A DNA stretch of 64,000 nt, from assembly GCA_017302935.1 (NCBI GenBank), contig JAFLBT010000001.1:15429-79428 (forward strand), written 5' to 3'. The first letter of the stretch is position 1. Each line of letters opens with the position of its first letter. The DNA comes from Flavobacteriales bacterium (GTDB taxonomy: Bacteria > Bacteroidota > Bacteroidia > Flavobacteriales > Flavobacteriaceae). This document shows, piece after piece, positions 46,697 through 57,792 of the stretch. The translations under genes and the position numbers were made by a program. The notes beneath the pieces were generated by a model. The model was not told the origin of the DNA. It made no database searches and worked only from the letters and a program-made list of their open reading frames with translations.

Positions 46697-48577
46697 CTAC
46701 TTCTTCACAATCAAGAACTCACTTCTTCTGTTTTGAGCGTGTTGTTCTTCTGTGCATTTGTCTTTACAATCCACTTTTGGTTCGGATTCTCCCATGCCTT
46801 TGCCGGAGATTCTATCGGCAGCTATGCCTTTAGAGATGATATACTGAACCGTTGATTTGGCTCTTCTATCCGACAAGCTCATGTTGTACTTGTCGCTTCC
46901 TCTATTGTCCGTGTGTGATTTAGCTAAAATAACCATGTTTGGGTTGTTTTTCAACACTTGAACCAGTTTGTCTAACTCAAAGGCTCCCTCTTGGTTAATG
47001 TTGCTTTTGTTAAACTCAAAGAATATCGGGTTCAAGATTATTTCTGTCTCCGTTACAATCACCTCAATTGGGTTAAGTGGTGCATCTATTTTCTTGCTCG
47101 GTCCTTTGCTTGAGGCTACCGGAAAGGTGTTGCTCTCGTATCCGTCTTTTGAAGCTTGAATCGTGTAAGCTTTGTCACATTCTACGTAGTAGGTTACCTC
47201 TCCTTTTGCGTTACTCATTTCAGTTGAGATAACGTTTTTCTTCTCATCCACAATGGCTACTTTCGCATTGGCTAAGATAGCTCCTGTTTTGGCATCGGTT
47301 ACAATGGTCATTACCTCTACCCCACATACCGGAGTAGCCAAGTAAATGTTATCCACTCCGCCTCTGTTACTCGATACAAAGCCAATGTTCTTCTCTTTGT
47401 TGAAGGTAAAAGCAAAGTCGTCTTTCTCACTGTTTACCGGTTTACCCATGTTGGTCGCTTCACCTTTATTCATGTCAAAGGCAAATACATCATATCCACC
47501 AAATCCCGGACGACCGTTTGAGGCAAAATAAAGCATCTTGTTATCCTCTGAGATAAATGGAAAACTCTCATCTCCTTCCGTGTTGATTTTGCTTCCCAAG
47601 TTCTCCGGTGTGCCGAAGCTTCCGTCTTGGTTTACGGCTACTTTCCAAATGTCTATCCCGCCCATTGAACCGGGCATGTTAGAAGAAAAGTAAAGCGTTT
47701 GTCCATCATTGCTAAGGCTTGGGTTACTAGTTGAGTACTCCTTGCTATTGAAGGGTAGTGGAGTAATATTGGTCCACTTGCCATTGGTGTTGGTAGCCTT
47801 GAAAAGGTTCACCTGACTCATCTTTAACGTGGTGCTGCTTACCTTTTCTTTCTCGTATAGTTTTTCTTTAAAACTCTCACTGGCAAAGTAAATCGTGTTT
47901 CCGTCTTTGCTAATGGTAACCGGACCATCATGCCATTTTGAATTCAACTCCGTTACCGGCTCTGCATTGGTAATAGTACCATCTACATTGTGAGTCGCTT
48001 TATAGATGTCTAAAAACGGCTCATCGGTCCATCCGTAGTTCTTTTTGGCTCCGTTTCTGGCACTGGCAAAATACAAACCGTTTTGGTGCAATACCGCTCC
48101 AAAATCTGATTTATCACTATTGATATCCAATGCTTTTAAATCATACTGCTTTTGCTTATCCATAAGCTTAGGCAAGTAATTCGGATTGGCATTGAACTCT
48201 TTTGAGCGTTGGTCGTTAGGAGCCTTGCTAGCAAAGGTTTTCATTTGCTTGTTGGCCTCTTCGTATTTGCCTTGTGCTTTTAGCATCTGTGCATAGCGGA
48301 AGTAGGTCTCAGCATCTTGTGGTGTTTCAATGGCCTTGGCATACCACTTGGTGGCTTCTGTAGCATTGAACATGTGGTAATACGTGTCGGCTAATTGTTT
48401 ATGGACATATCCATCGGCTTTGCCATTCTCGGCTAGCTTTAGGTATTCCTGTGCCGCTGAAACATATTCCAATCGTTTGAATAGTTTATCGGCCTTCTGC
48501 GTGTCTTTATTCTGTGCACTCATGCTCGCGGTACTGATCACCAGAGCACTAAGTAAGGATATATAGGTGTTTCTCAT
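46697..48577 (-). CDS. OmpA family protein with TPR, PD40 and carboxypeptidase-regulatory domains (PorE-like)
   Basis: TPR N-terminus, PD40 repeats (YFASAR, YFSSNMPG, YFASNG), OmpA C-terminus (SHTDNRG, LSDRRA, NRRSEF). Confidence 0.92.
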   Translation of the reverse strand: MRNTYISLLSALVISTASMSAQNKDTQKADKLFKRLEYVSAAQEYLKLAENGKADGYVHKQLADTYYHMFNATEATKWYAKAIETPQDAETYFRYAQMLKAQGKYEEANKQMKTFASKAPNDQRSKEFNANPNYLPKLMDKQKQYDLKALDINSDKSDFGAVLHQNGLYFASARNGAKKNYGWTDEPFLDIYKATHNVDGTITNAEPVTELNSKWHDGPVTISKDGNTIYFASESFKEKLYEKEKVSSTTLKMSQVNLFKATNTNGKWTNITPLPFNSKEYSTSNPSLSNDGQTLYFSSNMPGSMGGIDIWKVAVNQDGSFGTPENLGSKINTEGDESFPFISEDNKMLYFASNGRPGFGGYDVFAFDMNKGEATNMGKPVNSEKDDFAFTFNKEKNIGFVSSNRGGVDNIYLATPVCGVEVMTIVTDAKTGAILANAKVAIVDEKKNVISTEMSNAKGEVTYYVECDKAYTIQASKDGYESNTFPVASSKGPSKKIDAPLNPIEVIVTETEIILNPIFFEFNKSNINQEGAFELDKLVQVLKNNPNMVILAKSHTDNRGSDKYNMSLSDRRAKSTVQYIISKGIAADRISGKGMGESEPKVDCKDKCTEEQHAQNRRSEFLIVKK

Positions 48578-48597
48578 CGTTTGTTGTGCTTTTTAGG

Positions 48598-49530
48598 TTA
48601 GAAAAATCGTGGTGAACGGGATACCTTCTTGGGGAAATTCACATCAAATAATAGGAAAATCTCATGCGAAGACGGTGTGGTTACATTCAAATCCGATACG
48701 ATATGGTCATAGGCATATCCGATACGTAAGTTCGGCGATATGGCATAATTCACCATTGCTCCAAAGCTGTCCTCTAAACGATACGTAGCTCCGATTTCAA
48801 ACTTCTCATAAAATAAAAAGTTCGTCGATACATCTAATGAGGTCGGTGCATTAAAGGCTGATTTTAACATCGCAAAAGGTTTGAATTTCGTGTTGGCACT
48901 CAAATCAAATACATATCCCGCTGTTAAAAAGTAATGCGATACCTCTGAACCAAACTCTCTTACCTCACCACTATCGCGTAAATCCAAATGCTTTGATTTT
49001 AGCATATTGGGTACCGAAAAAGCAACATAATACTTATTGGTGTAGTAAAAAAGTCCTGAACCAATGTTCAAATACGTATTGTTGATGTTTTGGCTAAAGG
49101 CCGGATCATCCGGTTGTGGTAAGGTACTGTTAATCTGGCTAAACAATCCTACGTTGTGAAAGGTTAATCCCCCTTTTAATCCAAAGGCTAACTTATGCTC
49201 GCCTCCTAAATTAAGCGTATAAGAGAAATCCGCATACACATTGTTCTCCTCAACAGGTCCTATCTTATCCGAGATAACGCTAAGTCCTAATCCAACGTTT
49301 CTCCCCACAGGCATGTGTCCCGAAAAAGTAGCCGTTGTAGGGGCATCCTCTATCTCTACCCATTGCTTGCGATACAGTAATCCAAAGGATAAGTTCTCCT
49401 TGCTTCCCGCATAAGCCGGGTTTATCACGTTCATATTGTACATATACTGTGTATAGTGAGGATCTTGTTGTGCACTAACCTCTGTTAAACTAAACAAGGC
49501 CAACAGTGCTCCTAAATATATTTTCTTCAT
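48598..49530 (-). CDS. PorP/SprF family T9SS membrane protein
   Basis: QQDPHYTQYMYN...INPAYAG, YRKQW, GYAYD, SHEI. Confidence 0.93.
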   Translation of the reverse strand: MKKIYLGALLALFSLTEVSAQQDPHYTQYMYNMNVINPAYAGSKENLSFGLLYRKQWVEIEDAPTTATFSGHMPVGRNVGLGLSVISDKIGPVEENNVYADFSYTLNLGGEHKLAFGLKGGLTFHNVGLFSQINSTLPQPDDPAFSQNINNTYLNIGSGLFYYTNKYYVAFSVPNMLKSKHLDLRDSGEVREFGSEVSHYFLTAGYVFDLSANTKFKPFAMLKSAFNAPTSLDVSTNFLFYEKFEIGATYRLEDSFGAMVNYAISPNLRIGYAYDHIVSDLNVTTPSSHEIFLLFDVNFPKKVSRSPRFF

Positions 49531-49602
49531 CTTTTTTTGTTTTGTAGGGTTAAAGTAACCGGCTCAAGTTTGACTTCCCTCACCGGTTACTCCTGTTCTC
49601 TT

Positions 49603-52600
49603 TTATCGCTCTCTATTGATATAAATCCATCCCGTTTTAGTTGGGTTGTCGCTAAACTCTATTACATAATAGTATGTCCCATCCGGTAAATCATCTCCCT
49701 TATCCGACTGACCATACCACTCATTCTCATAATTACCTCGACTATATACCTTCACTCCGTAACGGTTAAAGATACTCAAGTTACGTACATTAAAGTTCGC
49801 CAAATCAAAGAAGTCATTTCTTCCGTCTCCATTTGGTGAGATACCTTTTTGTATCGCACACCCTACAATGGTTACCTCAAAACTAGACTCTGCTGTACAT
49901 GCTCCACTAGTGGCTAAAATGTAAATCGTTTGAGTGGTTGTCACTTCACTACCCGCTTGTAACTGCGTGCCGGTTCCATTTGGTCCCGTGTAGTAAACAT
50001 TACCCGCATCCAATGACGGTAATACAAAACCTCCACACTCCTGTACATCCGATAACTCCTGTGCTACTGCCTCCACTACCGTTACCGTAAAGCTGCTCTC
50101 TGCCGTACAATTTGGTACAGTGCCTGATTGTGCATAAATGTAAATCGTCTGTGAACTAGAAACCGTTGATCCTTCAGCTAAACTCAATCCACTTCCGTTT
50201 GGACCCGTGAAATAAGAGTTGTTTGCCGGTAAAGATGGTAGTGTAAAGGATTGACCTGCACAAATCGTTTGTGGTGCAATTTGATCTACTGTTGGAGTAG
50301 CAAATACTTCAATGGTCATTGTTGTACCTAATGCACATAAACCAGTTGTTGGAGTAAATATGTAAGTGGTAATACCTGCACTCGCTGTATTAATTGTCGA
50401 AGGATTCCATGAACCGCTAACACCGTTATTCGATGTCTGTGGTAGCGATGGAGCCGTTGAACCTTGACACAAATTAGCAATTTGCGTAAAGACAGCTTGT
50501 GTTGGTGCTGTTATGGTAATGGTCATTGTTGTACCAAGAGCACACAAACCACTTGTAGGAGTAAATGTATAAACAAAATCACCCGCTACACTTGTATCAA
50601 TTGTGGATGAATTCCAAGTACCGGTAACTCCTTCCAAAGAAGTTGTTGGTAACGAAGCAACAGTATCATTCTGACAGAATGGCCCAACTTGCGTAAATGT
50701 TGCTTGCGTTGGTGCCGTAATCTCAACCGTTAATGTTGCCTGTGAAGCACAAATTCCATCAGCAGGTGTAAAGGTATATACCACACTACCCGCAACCGAA
50801 GTGTCAATTGCAGCAGGATTCCATGTACCCGAAATTCCATTTGTAGAAACCAATTCTAAAGCAGGTGCTACTCCATTTAAACAAATAGGAGCAATAGCCG
50901 CAAAAGTTGGTGTGATTCGCTCTTCAACTGTAACAGTAATCGTCACCGGTAAAGCACATTCAAAACTTGTATCTGGTGTAAAGGTATAGTTTGAATCTCC
51001 TACTACACTTGTATCGATTGTAGAAGGCAACCATGTACCAGTAACTCCATTATCAGATGAAGCAGGTAATAACGGTGCTTCGCTAAATTGACATAATGTT
51101 GGATAAGCTGTAAATGTTGGTGTTATCGAATTAGAAACATTCACAATCAACGAGCCTTGTGTTGCACACACTCCAGCATCAGGTGTAAAGATAAAAGTAA
51201 ATTGACCCGCTACCGATGTGTCAATAGTTGAAGGTGACCACGTACCATTTACTCCATTTGTAGAAGTAGCCGGTAAAGATGGTGCTGTTGCATTCAAACA
51301 CAAATCAGCTATTGGATCAAAGGTTGGTGTTAACTCTTCCTCAACTGTTATATCTACAGTATAGGTAGTTGCACAAACTCCTGCCTCAGGAGTAAAAGTA
51401 AATGTAGTTATTCCCGCTACCGAAGAATCAATTGTATCCGGTGACCATGTTCCTGTAATACCATTTAATGAAGTTAATGGTAAGGTTGGTGCGGTACTGT
51501 TCTGACAAATAACCGCGATAGGGTCAAAAGTTGGGGTTACTAATTCTTCTACCGTTACATCTAATGTGGCTGAAACAGCACACTCCTCAGAAGCATCCGG
51601 GGTAAAGGTATAAGTCGCAACACCAAAAACAGATGTGTCTATTGTAGATGGCGACCAAGTACCGATAACTCCATTCAAAGAAGTTGAAGGTAAAATAGGT
51701 GCCTCTGAGTTTTGACAAAGCGTTGGAATCGCATCAAAAGATGGAATGATTTCTGAAGCAATCGTTACGTCTAGAGTTACTATAGCGGCACATTGTCCGG
51801 CATCTGGAGTAAACGTAAACGTAAATGTACCGGATGTTGCCGTATCAATTGTAGCAGGACTCCAAACACCTGTAATATCATTCGTTGACGTTGTTGGTAA
51901 TGTAGGAGCTGTTGAGCCTTGACATAAATCAGGAATAGCATCAAAAGTTGGTGTTATTTCCTCATTGACTGTAATATCTATAGTTGTAGAAGTAGCACAA
52001 CTTTCCCCTCCAAAAGGAGTAAATGTGTACGTAAATGTTCCCGGAGTAGCTGTACTAATTGTACTTGGCTCCCACAAACCATTTACTCCATTTGTAGAAG
52101 TAGCAGGTAAACCAGGAGCTACTTCATTCACACAGAAAGTTGAGAATGCATTAAACTCAGGTACAATCTCATCAGTAATGTTTACTTGGAAACTTCCTTC
52201 TGTTGAACATGTACCGTTAGTGCCATTAATAACAGCATAAACATAAATTGTTTGTGGTGTGGTGATTACATCTCCTGCATTTAATTGCGTACCTCCACCG
52301 TTTGTTTCAGTAAAGTAGTTACCAAAAAGAAGAGCAGGTAATTCATAACCATCTGCTTCACAAACGGTAACATCGTCTTGAACATCTAATTCTGTTCCAA
52401 CTACATTCAATAGAATAGTATCGGTTGTAATGGTTTGTTCTCCGCCACAAGCAGTGTAAACAGCTTGAGCAGTCATACTTGTAGTCTCAGTAACACAAAC
52501 ATTAATATCTAAATCGTTACTATAAAATTCTCCGTCTTTTAACCAGGTAAAAGTTACGTTAGATGGTCCGGCAGGAGTAAATCTCCAAGCCTCATTAGAA

Positions 52601-55600
52601 GCAGACCATGTGCCTGTATTTCTTCCAGGAGGAACGTGTGCTTGTGTACCTGCTTGGTTTTGAATACCAATTACTCCATTTCCAGAATTCCAAGTTAAAC
52701 ATGGAACACGATTTTGTACATATACTTCTATTGCATTAGACGTTTCATACAATACTATTTGACTCGTTTGTAACGGAACGTTTGTGTTACAACTAAATTG
52801 AGCTACTTCAGAGAAGTTAACCACCAATACTCTACAAGGAGCTGTACCCAATACTTGATAGTTAATACTTGGTTGAGCCGGTGGTGTTGTTACGTTAGGA
52901 TTAATATCTTGATAAGGACCATAAATCGCAGCTTTAATTGGGAAACCGGCATTTGGTATTGTTTGTGTAAATGGCCAAGCACAGTATCCTCCCGGTGCTT
53001 GAGCACCACCTGGAACTACACCTTGTATGTCAAAAGAAATTACACCATTTGAACCTACTAATGCTTGTGTATAATTTTGTCCGAAGAAACAGAAATTAAA
53101 CGGCAGCGGAATAGCTGGCGACCACACGTCATCTGTATTTACAGAGGTTGGAATACCTCCTGTAAATGGGAAGGGTGGTGTAAAAGGAATAGCCGTCACT
53201 TCATAAGTGGTTGTATCCCCCGTTTCAAAGAAAGAAGCGGATAAATCTACACAACTTTCACCAGGACATAAATTCAATACACCCGGAGTTGACGTTTGCA
53301 AATCAATATCTACACCCGCACAACCCGGTAAAGCGGCTAATATAAAGAAATTCTGTGGTCCTGCCCAAGCACTGATATCAGATGCAGAACAAATCGCACG
53401 AACATAAAATTCATAGAATCCTGCACTTAAACCAGTGGCAGTATATGGGTTTTGAGAAGTAATCACTCCTGCAACCGTTGGAACTCCTGAGCCTACCGGT
53501 TGTACTACAATTTCAAACAATGTAGCGGGAGCAATATTTGTCCAAGACAATGTTGCTGTATTGGTATCTGCACCTAAAACAGTTAAGTTAATTGGTTGTG
53601 GACATGTTGGTAAAGTTGTTGCAGTAGCCGGACCTGCCCACGCACTTGCAGGATTGTTTCCAGTACACAAAGCTCTTACATAAAAATCATAAGCTGTACT
53701 TGGATTTAGACCTGTTACTACAAATGGATTTGATGTAGCCGGAATACCAGGAGTTGCTAATGTTGGAGCTGGTGAACCAGCTGGAACAGCAATAACTTCA
53801 AAGTTAGTCCCTCCATTTGGATTCCATCCCACACTAATTTGATTGATTCCAATGTTTGATGTTGTTACATTTAATGGTGCAATACATTCCGGATTCAAAC
53901 AATCTACCAAGCCAGAATATAAAACTGTATTCACTAAACCTGCAGAAGCAGTGTTCATGTTATATAAAGACTGAGCAAAAGGATTGATAATCTCAACTCT
54001 TACCTCTCCTGGGAAACCACCACCTACACTCCAAAATAAATCAAAAGGAATACCATTACACAATGGTACTTGAACATCGATTGGTCCAGCTCCTGCATTG
54101 AAGGTTGCTCCAATAGTAGCTATTACAATTCCGTTTTGTCTCACTTGCATTCTGGCTCCATTCCATCCATCGCCAAAACTGTCTCGCATTCTAAAGGTAT
54201 ATAAACACTGGTCTGCTACCTCACACAATGTCGTGTTGAATGTAGTAACCGGTGTCCAGTTACTTGGTGTTGGAGTTGAACATATCGCTCTAACATACAC
54301 ATCATATAATGTTGCTGAAGTTAATCCGTTTATCGTAAATGGATTGTCTGATGTTACCGTTCCGGTTGAAGCTGCCGTCGGTGCAGGTGAACCCGCAGGT
54401 AAGACAATCACTTCATATTGAGTAATTCCGGGAATTGCTGTCCAACCAACTTGTGCCGATGTCCCTCCAATATTAGTTACTGTTACACCACTCGGTGGTA
54501 AACATGCAGGAAAATCACAATCTACCGTGCCAGCATACAATACTGAATTAACCAATCCGGCAGATGCTGTGGTCATGTTATATAATGTTTGGTTAAACGG
54601 ATTTATAATTTGAACCCTTACCTCACCGGCGAATGTTCCTCCTGCATTCCAGAATAAATCAAATGGTAATCCGTTACAAAGTGGTACTGTAATATTGATT
54701 GGTCCACCACCTGCCGTGAAAGTTGGCCCTAGTGTGGCCACTACTATACCATTTTGTCTTACTTGCATCGTAGCTCCGTTCCAACCATCACCAAAACTAT
54801 CTCTTAATACAAAGGTATAGTTACATTGGTCTCCCGGTTCACAAATTGTAGTGTTAAACAAGAAAGGCCCTGCCCATGCACTAAATGTACCATCTCCACA
54901 ATCTGCTCTTACGTAATATTGATAAGCGGTTGCAGCGGTTAAGCCTGAAACAGGGAAATTAGTATTGGTATTGGCTGTTACCCCTGCTCCTGTTGGAATA
55001 GGTGAACCTGCCGGTTGAACTGCTACTTCCCATGAAGTTGCTGCCCCGGGGTTTGCCCATGACAACTCTGCACTAGTCTGACCAATATTTCCTGCAGTCA
55101 ATCCTGTTGGCGGTGGACAGTTCACTATTTGTAAAGTCAACGTATATCCAACACTCTGTGGTGCTGTATTGGTTGAGATCACAATAAAATAAGTTTGGCC
55201 TGCCGTTACAGGTAAATCAATTACACGTGGAGTGTTGGCTGAGTTACCAACTCCCGCAATACAACTTACTCCAATATTGGTACAGCTATTATACACAAAT
55301 ATACCTGACCATGTTCCCGTTGGAGTCATCGTAATATTCACTACTCCGGTAGTGGGTGCTGTAAAACTATAGAAAACATCATCTCCCGTTAAATAGTTCG
55401 TTGCTGTTCCACATCCTGCTGCTGGTCCCTGTGGGCCATTATAATCATCTCCATAATTACCCGTATTATCTGTTGTAGAATACGGTAATGATGTTATCTG
55501 TATCGGAGCCTCACACGTTACTCCGGGTGAAGTTGTTAAAAAGTTGACCGGCCCTACCCAAGCACTATTGCTTTGTGAACAAACCGCTCTTACATAAACT

Positions 55601-56358
55601 TGATATTGTGTGGTTGCCGATAAACCATTAGCCACAAATGGACTTGGCCCTGTTAATACACCTACTCCCGTTGGAGCATTTGGCACTTGAACTACCTCTA
55701 CTTCAAACTGTGTAGCTCCACCAGGGTTTAACCAACTGATACTAGCACTGTTTTGTGTAATTCCACCCACTGTTATATCAGTTGGGTCTATACATTGCTC
55801 TACTAAACGCAAATCATCAACAATCCATCTATCTCCAGTTAATCCGGCAGCAGGTTGGTTCATCACCACTACAAAAGCCAAATAAACCTGTTGACCTGAA
55901 AGACCAGATAAACTAACTGTTTTCTCCTCACAAATATTAAATACCGCTGTTAAATCCGTATCCGCCCATGACTGAATCGTAGTAAAACTATTGATATCCG
56001 TTTGTGAGGTTGTGGAATAACGAACTTGATATGTTGTATTATCCGGTCCATTAATGGTAGAACGCGTACTAAATATCAACTGCCCATTAGTAGGAACTGT
56101 TATCAGTGGCGTTACTAAATAATTTTGTGAAGTGTTGCCCGCTCCAATATTCTGACGAGCGTTCATAAAGGCTGATGTGGTGCCTTCACAAACCGTTGGC
56201 GGAGTCGTTACCGCACTAGTTGTGGTCCATGTATTGGTCCCAATACCATTGTTAAATACTGCCCACGTCCCTGGTATACCACCTTCGAAATTCTCCGTCT
56301 GTGAATACCCAAAACCCGTTAGCATTAACAATAGTAAAACTAAGGTAATTCTTTTCAT
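49603..56358 (-). CDS. 2251-aa surface adhesin with T9SS type B (gliding-motility/CHU_C) C-terminal domain
   Basis: Cleaved-adhesin-like N-domain, several Fn3 domains, two DSFGDGWNG domains, nine ~70-aa repeats, CTD GISPNGDGRND...FNRYG...LPDGTYYY. Confidence 0.92.
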   Translation of the reverse strand: MKRITLVLLLLMLTGFGYSQTENFEGGIPGTWAVFNNGIGTNTWTTTSAVTTPPTVCEGTTSAFMNARQNIGAGNTSQNYLVTPLITVPTNGQLIFSTRSTINGPDNTTYQVRYSTTSQTDINSFTTIQSWADTDLTAVFNICEEKTVSLSGLSGQQVYLAFVVVMNQPAAGLTGDRWIVDDLRLVEQCIDPTDITVGGITQNSASISWLNPGGATQFEVEVVQVPNAPTGVGVLTGPSPFVANGLSATTQYQVYVRAVCSQSNSAWVGPVNFLTTSPGVTCEAPIQITSLPYSTTDNTGNYGDDYNGPQGPAAGCGTATNYLTGDDVFYSFTAPTTGVVNITMTPTGTWSGIFVYNSCTNIGVSCIAGVGNSANTPRVIDLPVTAGQTYFIVISTNTAPQSVGYTLTLQIVNCPPPTGLTAGNIGQTSAELSWANPGAATSWEVAVQPAGSPIPTGAGVTANTNTNFPVSGLTAATAYQYYVRADCGDGTFSAWAGPFLFNTTICEPGDQCNYTFVLRDSFGDGWNGATMQVRQNGIVVATLGPTFTAGGGPINITVPLCNGLPFDLFWNAGGTFAGEVRVQIINPFNQTLYNMTTASAGLVNSVLYAGTVDCDFPACLPPSGVTVTNIGGTSAQVGWTAIPGITQYEVIVLPAGSPAPTAASTGTVTSDNPFTINGLTSATLYDVYVRAICSTPTPSNWTPVTTFNTTLCEVADQCLYTFRMRDSFGDGWNGARMQVRQNGIVIATIGATFNAGAGPIDVQVPLCNGIPFDLFWSVGGGFPGEVRVEIINPFAQSLYNMNTASAGLVNTVLYSGLVDCLNPECIAPLNVTTSNIGINQISVGWNPNGGTNFEVIAVPAGSPAPTLATPGIPATSNPFVVTGLNPSTAYDFYVRALCTGNNPASAWAGPATATTLPTCPQPINLTVLGADTNTATLSWTNIAPATLFEIVVQPVGSGVPTVAGVITSQNPYTATGLSAGFYEFYVRAICSASDISAWAGPQNFFILAALPGCAGVDIDLQTSTPGVLNLCPGESCVDLSASFFETGDTTTYEVTAIPFTPPFPFTGGIPTSVNTDDVWSPAIPLPFNFCFFGQNYTQALVGSNGVISFDIQGVVPGGAQAPGGYCAWPFTQTIPNAGFPIKAAIYGPYQDINPNVTTPPAQPSINYQVLGTAPCRVLVVNFSEVAQFSCNTNVPLQTSQIVLYETSNAIEVYVQNRVPCLTWNSGNGVIGIQNQAGTQAHVPPGRNTGTWSASNEAWRFTPAGPSNVTFTWLKDGEFYSNDLDINVCVTETTSMTAQAVYTACGGEQTITTDTILLNVVGTELDVQDDVTVCEADGYELPALLFGNYFTETNGGGTQLNAGDVITTPQTIYVYAVINGTNGTCSTEGSFQVNITDEIVPEFNAFSTFCVNEVAPGLPATSTNGVNGLWEPSTISTATPGTFTYTFTPFGGESCATSTTIDITVNEEITPTFDAIPDLCQGSTAPTLPTTSTNDITGVWSPATIDTATSGTFTFTFTPDAGQCAAIVTLDVTIASEIIPSFDAIPTLCQNSEAPILPSTSLNGVIGTWSPSTIDTSVFGVATYTFTPDASEECAVSATLDVTVEELVTPTFDPIAVICQNSTAPTLPLTSLNGITGTWSPDTIDSSVAGITTFTFTPEAGVCATTYTVDITVEEELTPTFDPIADLCLNATAPSLPATSTNGVNGTWSPSTIDTSVAGQFTFIFTPDAGVCATQGSLIVNVSNSITPTFTAYPTLCQFSEAPLLPASSDNGVTGTWLPSTIDTSVVGDSNYTFTPDTSFECALPVTITVTVEERITPTFAAIAPICLNGVAPALELVSTNGISGTWNPAAIDTSVAGSVVYTFTPADGICASQATLTVEITAPTQATFTQVGPFCQNDTVASLPTTSLEGVTGTWNSSTIDTSVAGDFVYTFTPTSGLCALGTTMTITITAPTQAVFTQIANLCQGSTAPSLPQTSNNGVSGSWNPSTINTASAGITTYIFTPTTGLCALGTTMTIEVFATPTVDQIAPQTICAGQSFTLPSLPANNSYFTGPNGSGLSLAEGSTVSSSQTIYIYAQSGTVPNCTAESSFTVTVVEAVAQELSDVQECGGFVLPSLDAGNVYYTGPNGTGTQLQAGSEVTTTQTIYILATSGACTAESSFEVTIVGCAIQKGISPNGDGRNDFFDLANFNVRNLSIFNRYGVKVYSRGNYENEWYGQSDKGDDLPDGTYYYVIEFSDNPTKTGWIYINRER
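50283..52159 (-). repeat. Nine tandem ~70-aa two-Cys repeats in the adhesin
   Basis: Consensus TF..i..lC....AP.LP.tS.NG..GtW.PstIdT...G...ytFTP....Ca. Confidence 0.9.
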
Positions 56359-56548
56359 AAAATGAAAGTTTAGGTTGTTTTTGATTAATTTTTTGTAGGT
56401 TTAGAACGTCAAATTTAACAAAAATTAAGAATTAGCTAACATTATTTTGTTTTTTAACTAAAAAATGGACTAAAAAAAAGTTTTTCTTTGTTATAAATTT
56501 GTTTTTAACCCTTTGGAAATCCCTAATTTTGCAAGACATTTATAAATT

Positions 56549-57772
56549 ATGTTGGAAAAAGAAAAAATAAATTTTGAAAAAACGGTTGTTGTAGGAATTG
56601 TCACGAAAGAGCAAGACGAATCTAAATTGAATGAATATTTAGATGAATTAGAGTTCTTGACTTTTACGGCAGGAGGTGAAGTAATAAAACGTTTTTGGCA
56701 AAAATTGGAAAAACCGAATCCTAAAACGTTTGTGGGAACCGGTAAAATGGAAGAAATTCATCTTTACATTAAAGACAATGCTGTTTCAACTGTTATTTTT
56801 GACGATGAACTTTCTCCGGCTCAACAAAAAAATATAACCAAAATTTTAGATTGTAAAGTTTTAGACCGAACCAATCTAATTTTAGACATTTTTGCTCAGC
56901 GTGCCGAAACTTCGTATGCGAGAACGCAGGTGGAATTGGCTCAATGTCAATATTTACTTCCAAGATTATCGGGAATGTGGACACACTTGGAACGTCAGCG
57001 AGGAGGAATTGGAATGCGTGGCCCGGGTGAAACGGAAATTGAAACCGATAGAAGAATTGTGCGTGATCGAATTGCTCTGTTGAAAGACAAAATTAAAACG
57101 ATTGACAAACAAATGTCGGTGCAACGCGGCAATCGTGGTGCAATGGTTAGGGTTGCTTTGGTGGGTTATACCAATGTTGGGAAATCAACGTTAATGAATG
57201 CCGTTGGAAAAAGCGATGTTTTTGTTGAAAATAAATTGTTTGCTACATTAGATACAACGGTGCGAAAAGTGGTGATTAAGAATTTGCCTTTTTTGCTTTC
57301 GGATACGGTTGGTTTTATTCGAAAATTGCCTACGCAATTGGTGGAATCGTTTAAAAGCACGCTGGATGAAGTACGCGAAGCCGATTTGTTGCTTCACGTG
57401 GTGGATATTTCACATCCGGATTTTGAAGATCATATTGCTTCGGTAAATCAGATTTTACAAGATATTAAGAGTGCAGACAAGCACACGATTATGGTTTTTA
57501 ATAAGATTGATGCTTACAAACCTGCTTATTTTGATGAAGATGATTTGATGGTGGAAAAAACCAGTAAACATTATTCGTTGGATGAATGGAAAGCAACTTG
57601 GATGAGTAATGTGGGCGAAAATAATGCTTTGTTTATTTCGGCTACGAATAAAGAGAATTTTGAAGAGTTTAGAGAAAAAGTGTATGAAGCTGTGAGGGAA
57701 ATTCACGTGACTCGTTTTCCGTATAATAAATTTTTGTATCCGGATTATAAGGATGCTGTGGATGAAGAATAG
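56549..57772 (+). CDS. hflX: Ribosome-splitting GTPase HflX
   Basis: HLERQRGGIG.RGPGETEIE, GYTNVGKST, LFATLD, DTVGF, NKID. Confidence 0.97.
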   Translation: MLEKEKINFEKTVVVGIVTKEQDESKLNEYLDELEFLTFTAGGEVIKRFWQKLEKPNPKTFVGTGKMEEIHLYIKDNAVSTVIFDDELSPAQQKNITKILDCKVLDRTNLILDIFAQRAETSYARTQVELAQCQYLLPRLSGMWTHLERQRGGIGMRGPGETEIETDRRIVRDRIALLKDKIKTIDKQMSVQRGNRGAMVRVALVGYTNVGKSTLMNAVGKSDVFVENKLFATLDTTVRKVVIKNLPFLLSDTVGFIRKLPTQLVESFKSTLDEVREADLLLHVVDISHPDFEDHIASVNQILQDIKSADKHTIMVFNKIDAYKPAYFDEDDLMVEKTSKHYSLDEWKATWMSNVGENNALFISATNKENFEEFREKVYEAVREIHVTRFPYNKFLYPDYKDAVDEE

Positions 57773-57792
57773 CATTTAGCACAGTCTGCGAC

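Noticed and set aside
49555-49590. GTAACCGG/CCGGTTAC hairpin between adhesin and porP
   Set aside because: Only an 8-bp stem with a large loop. It may be a processing stem but is too weak to call.
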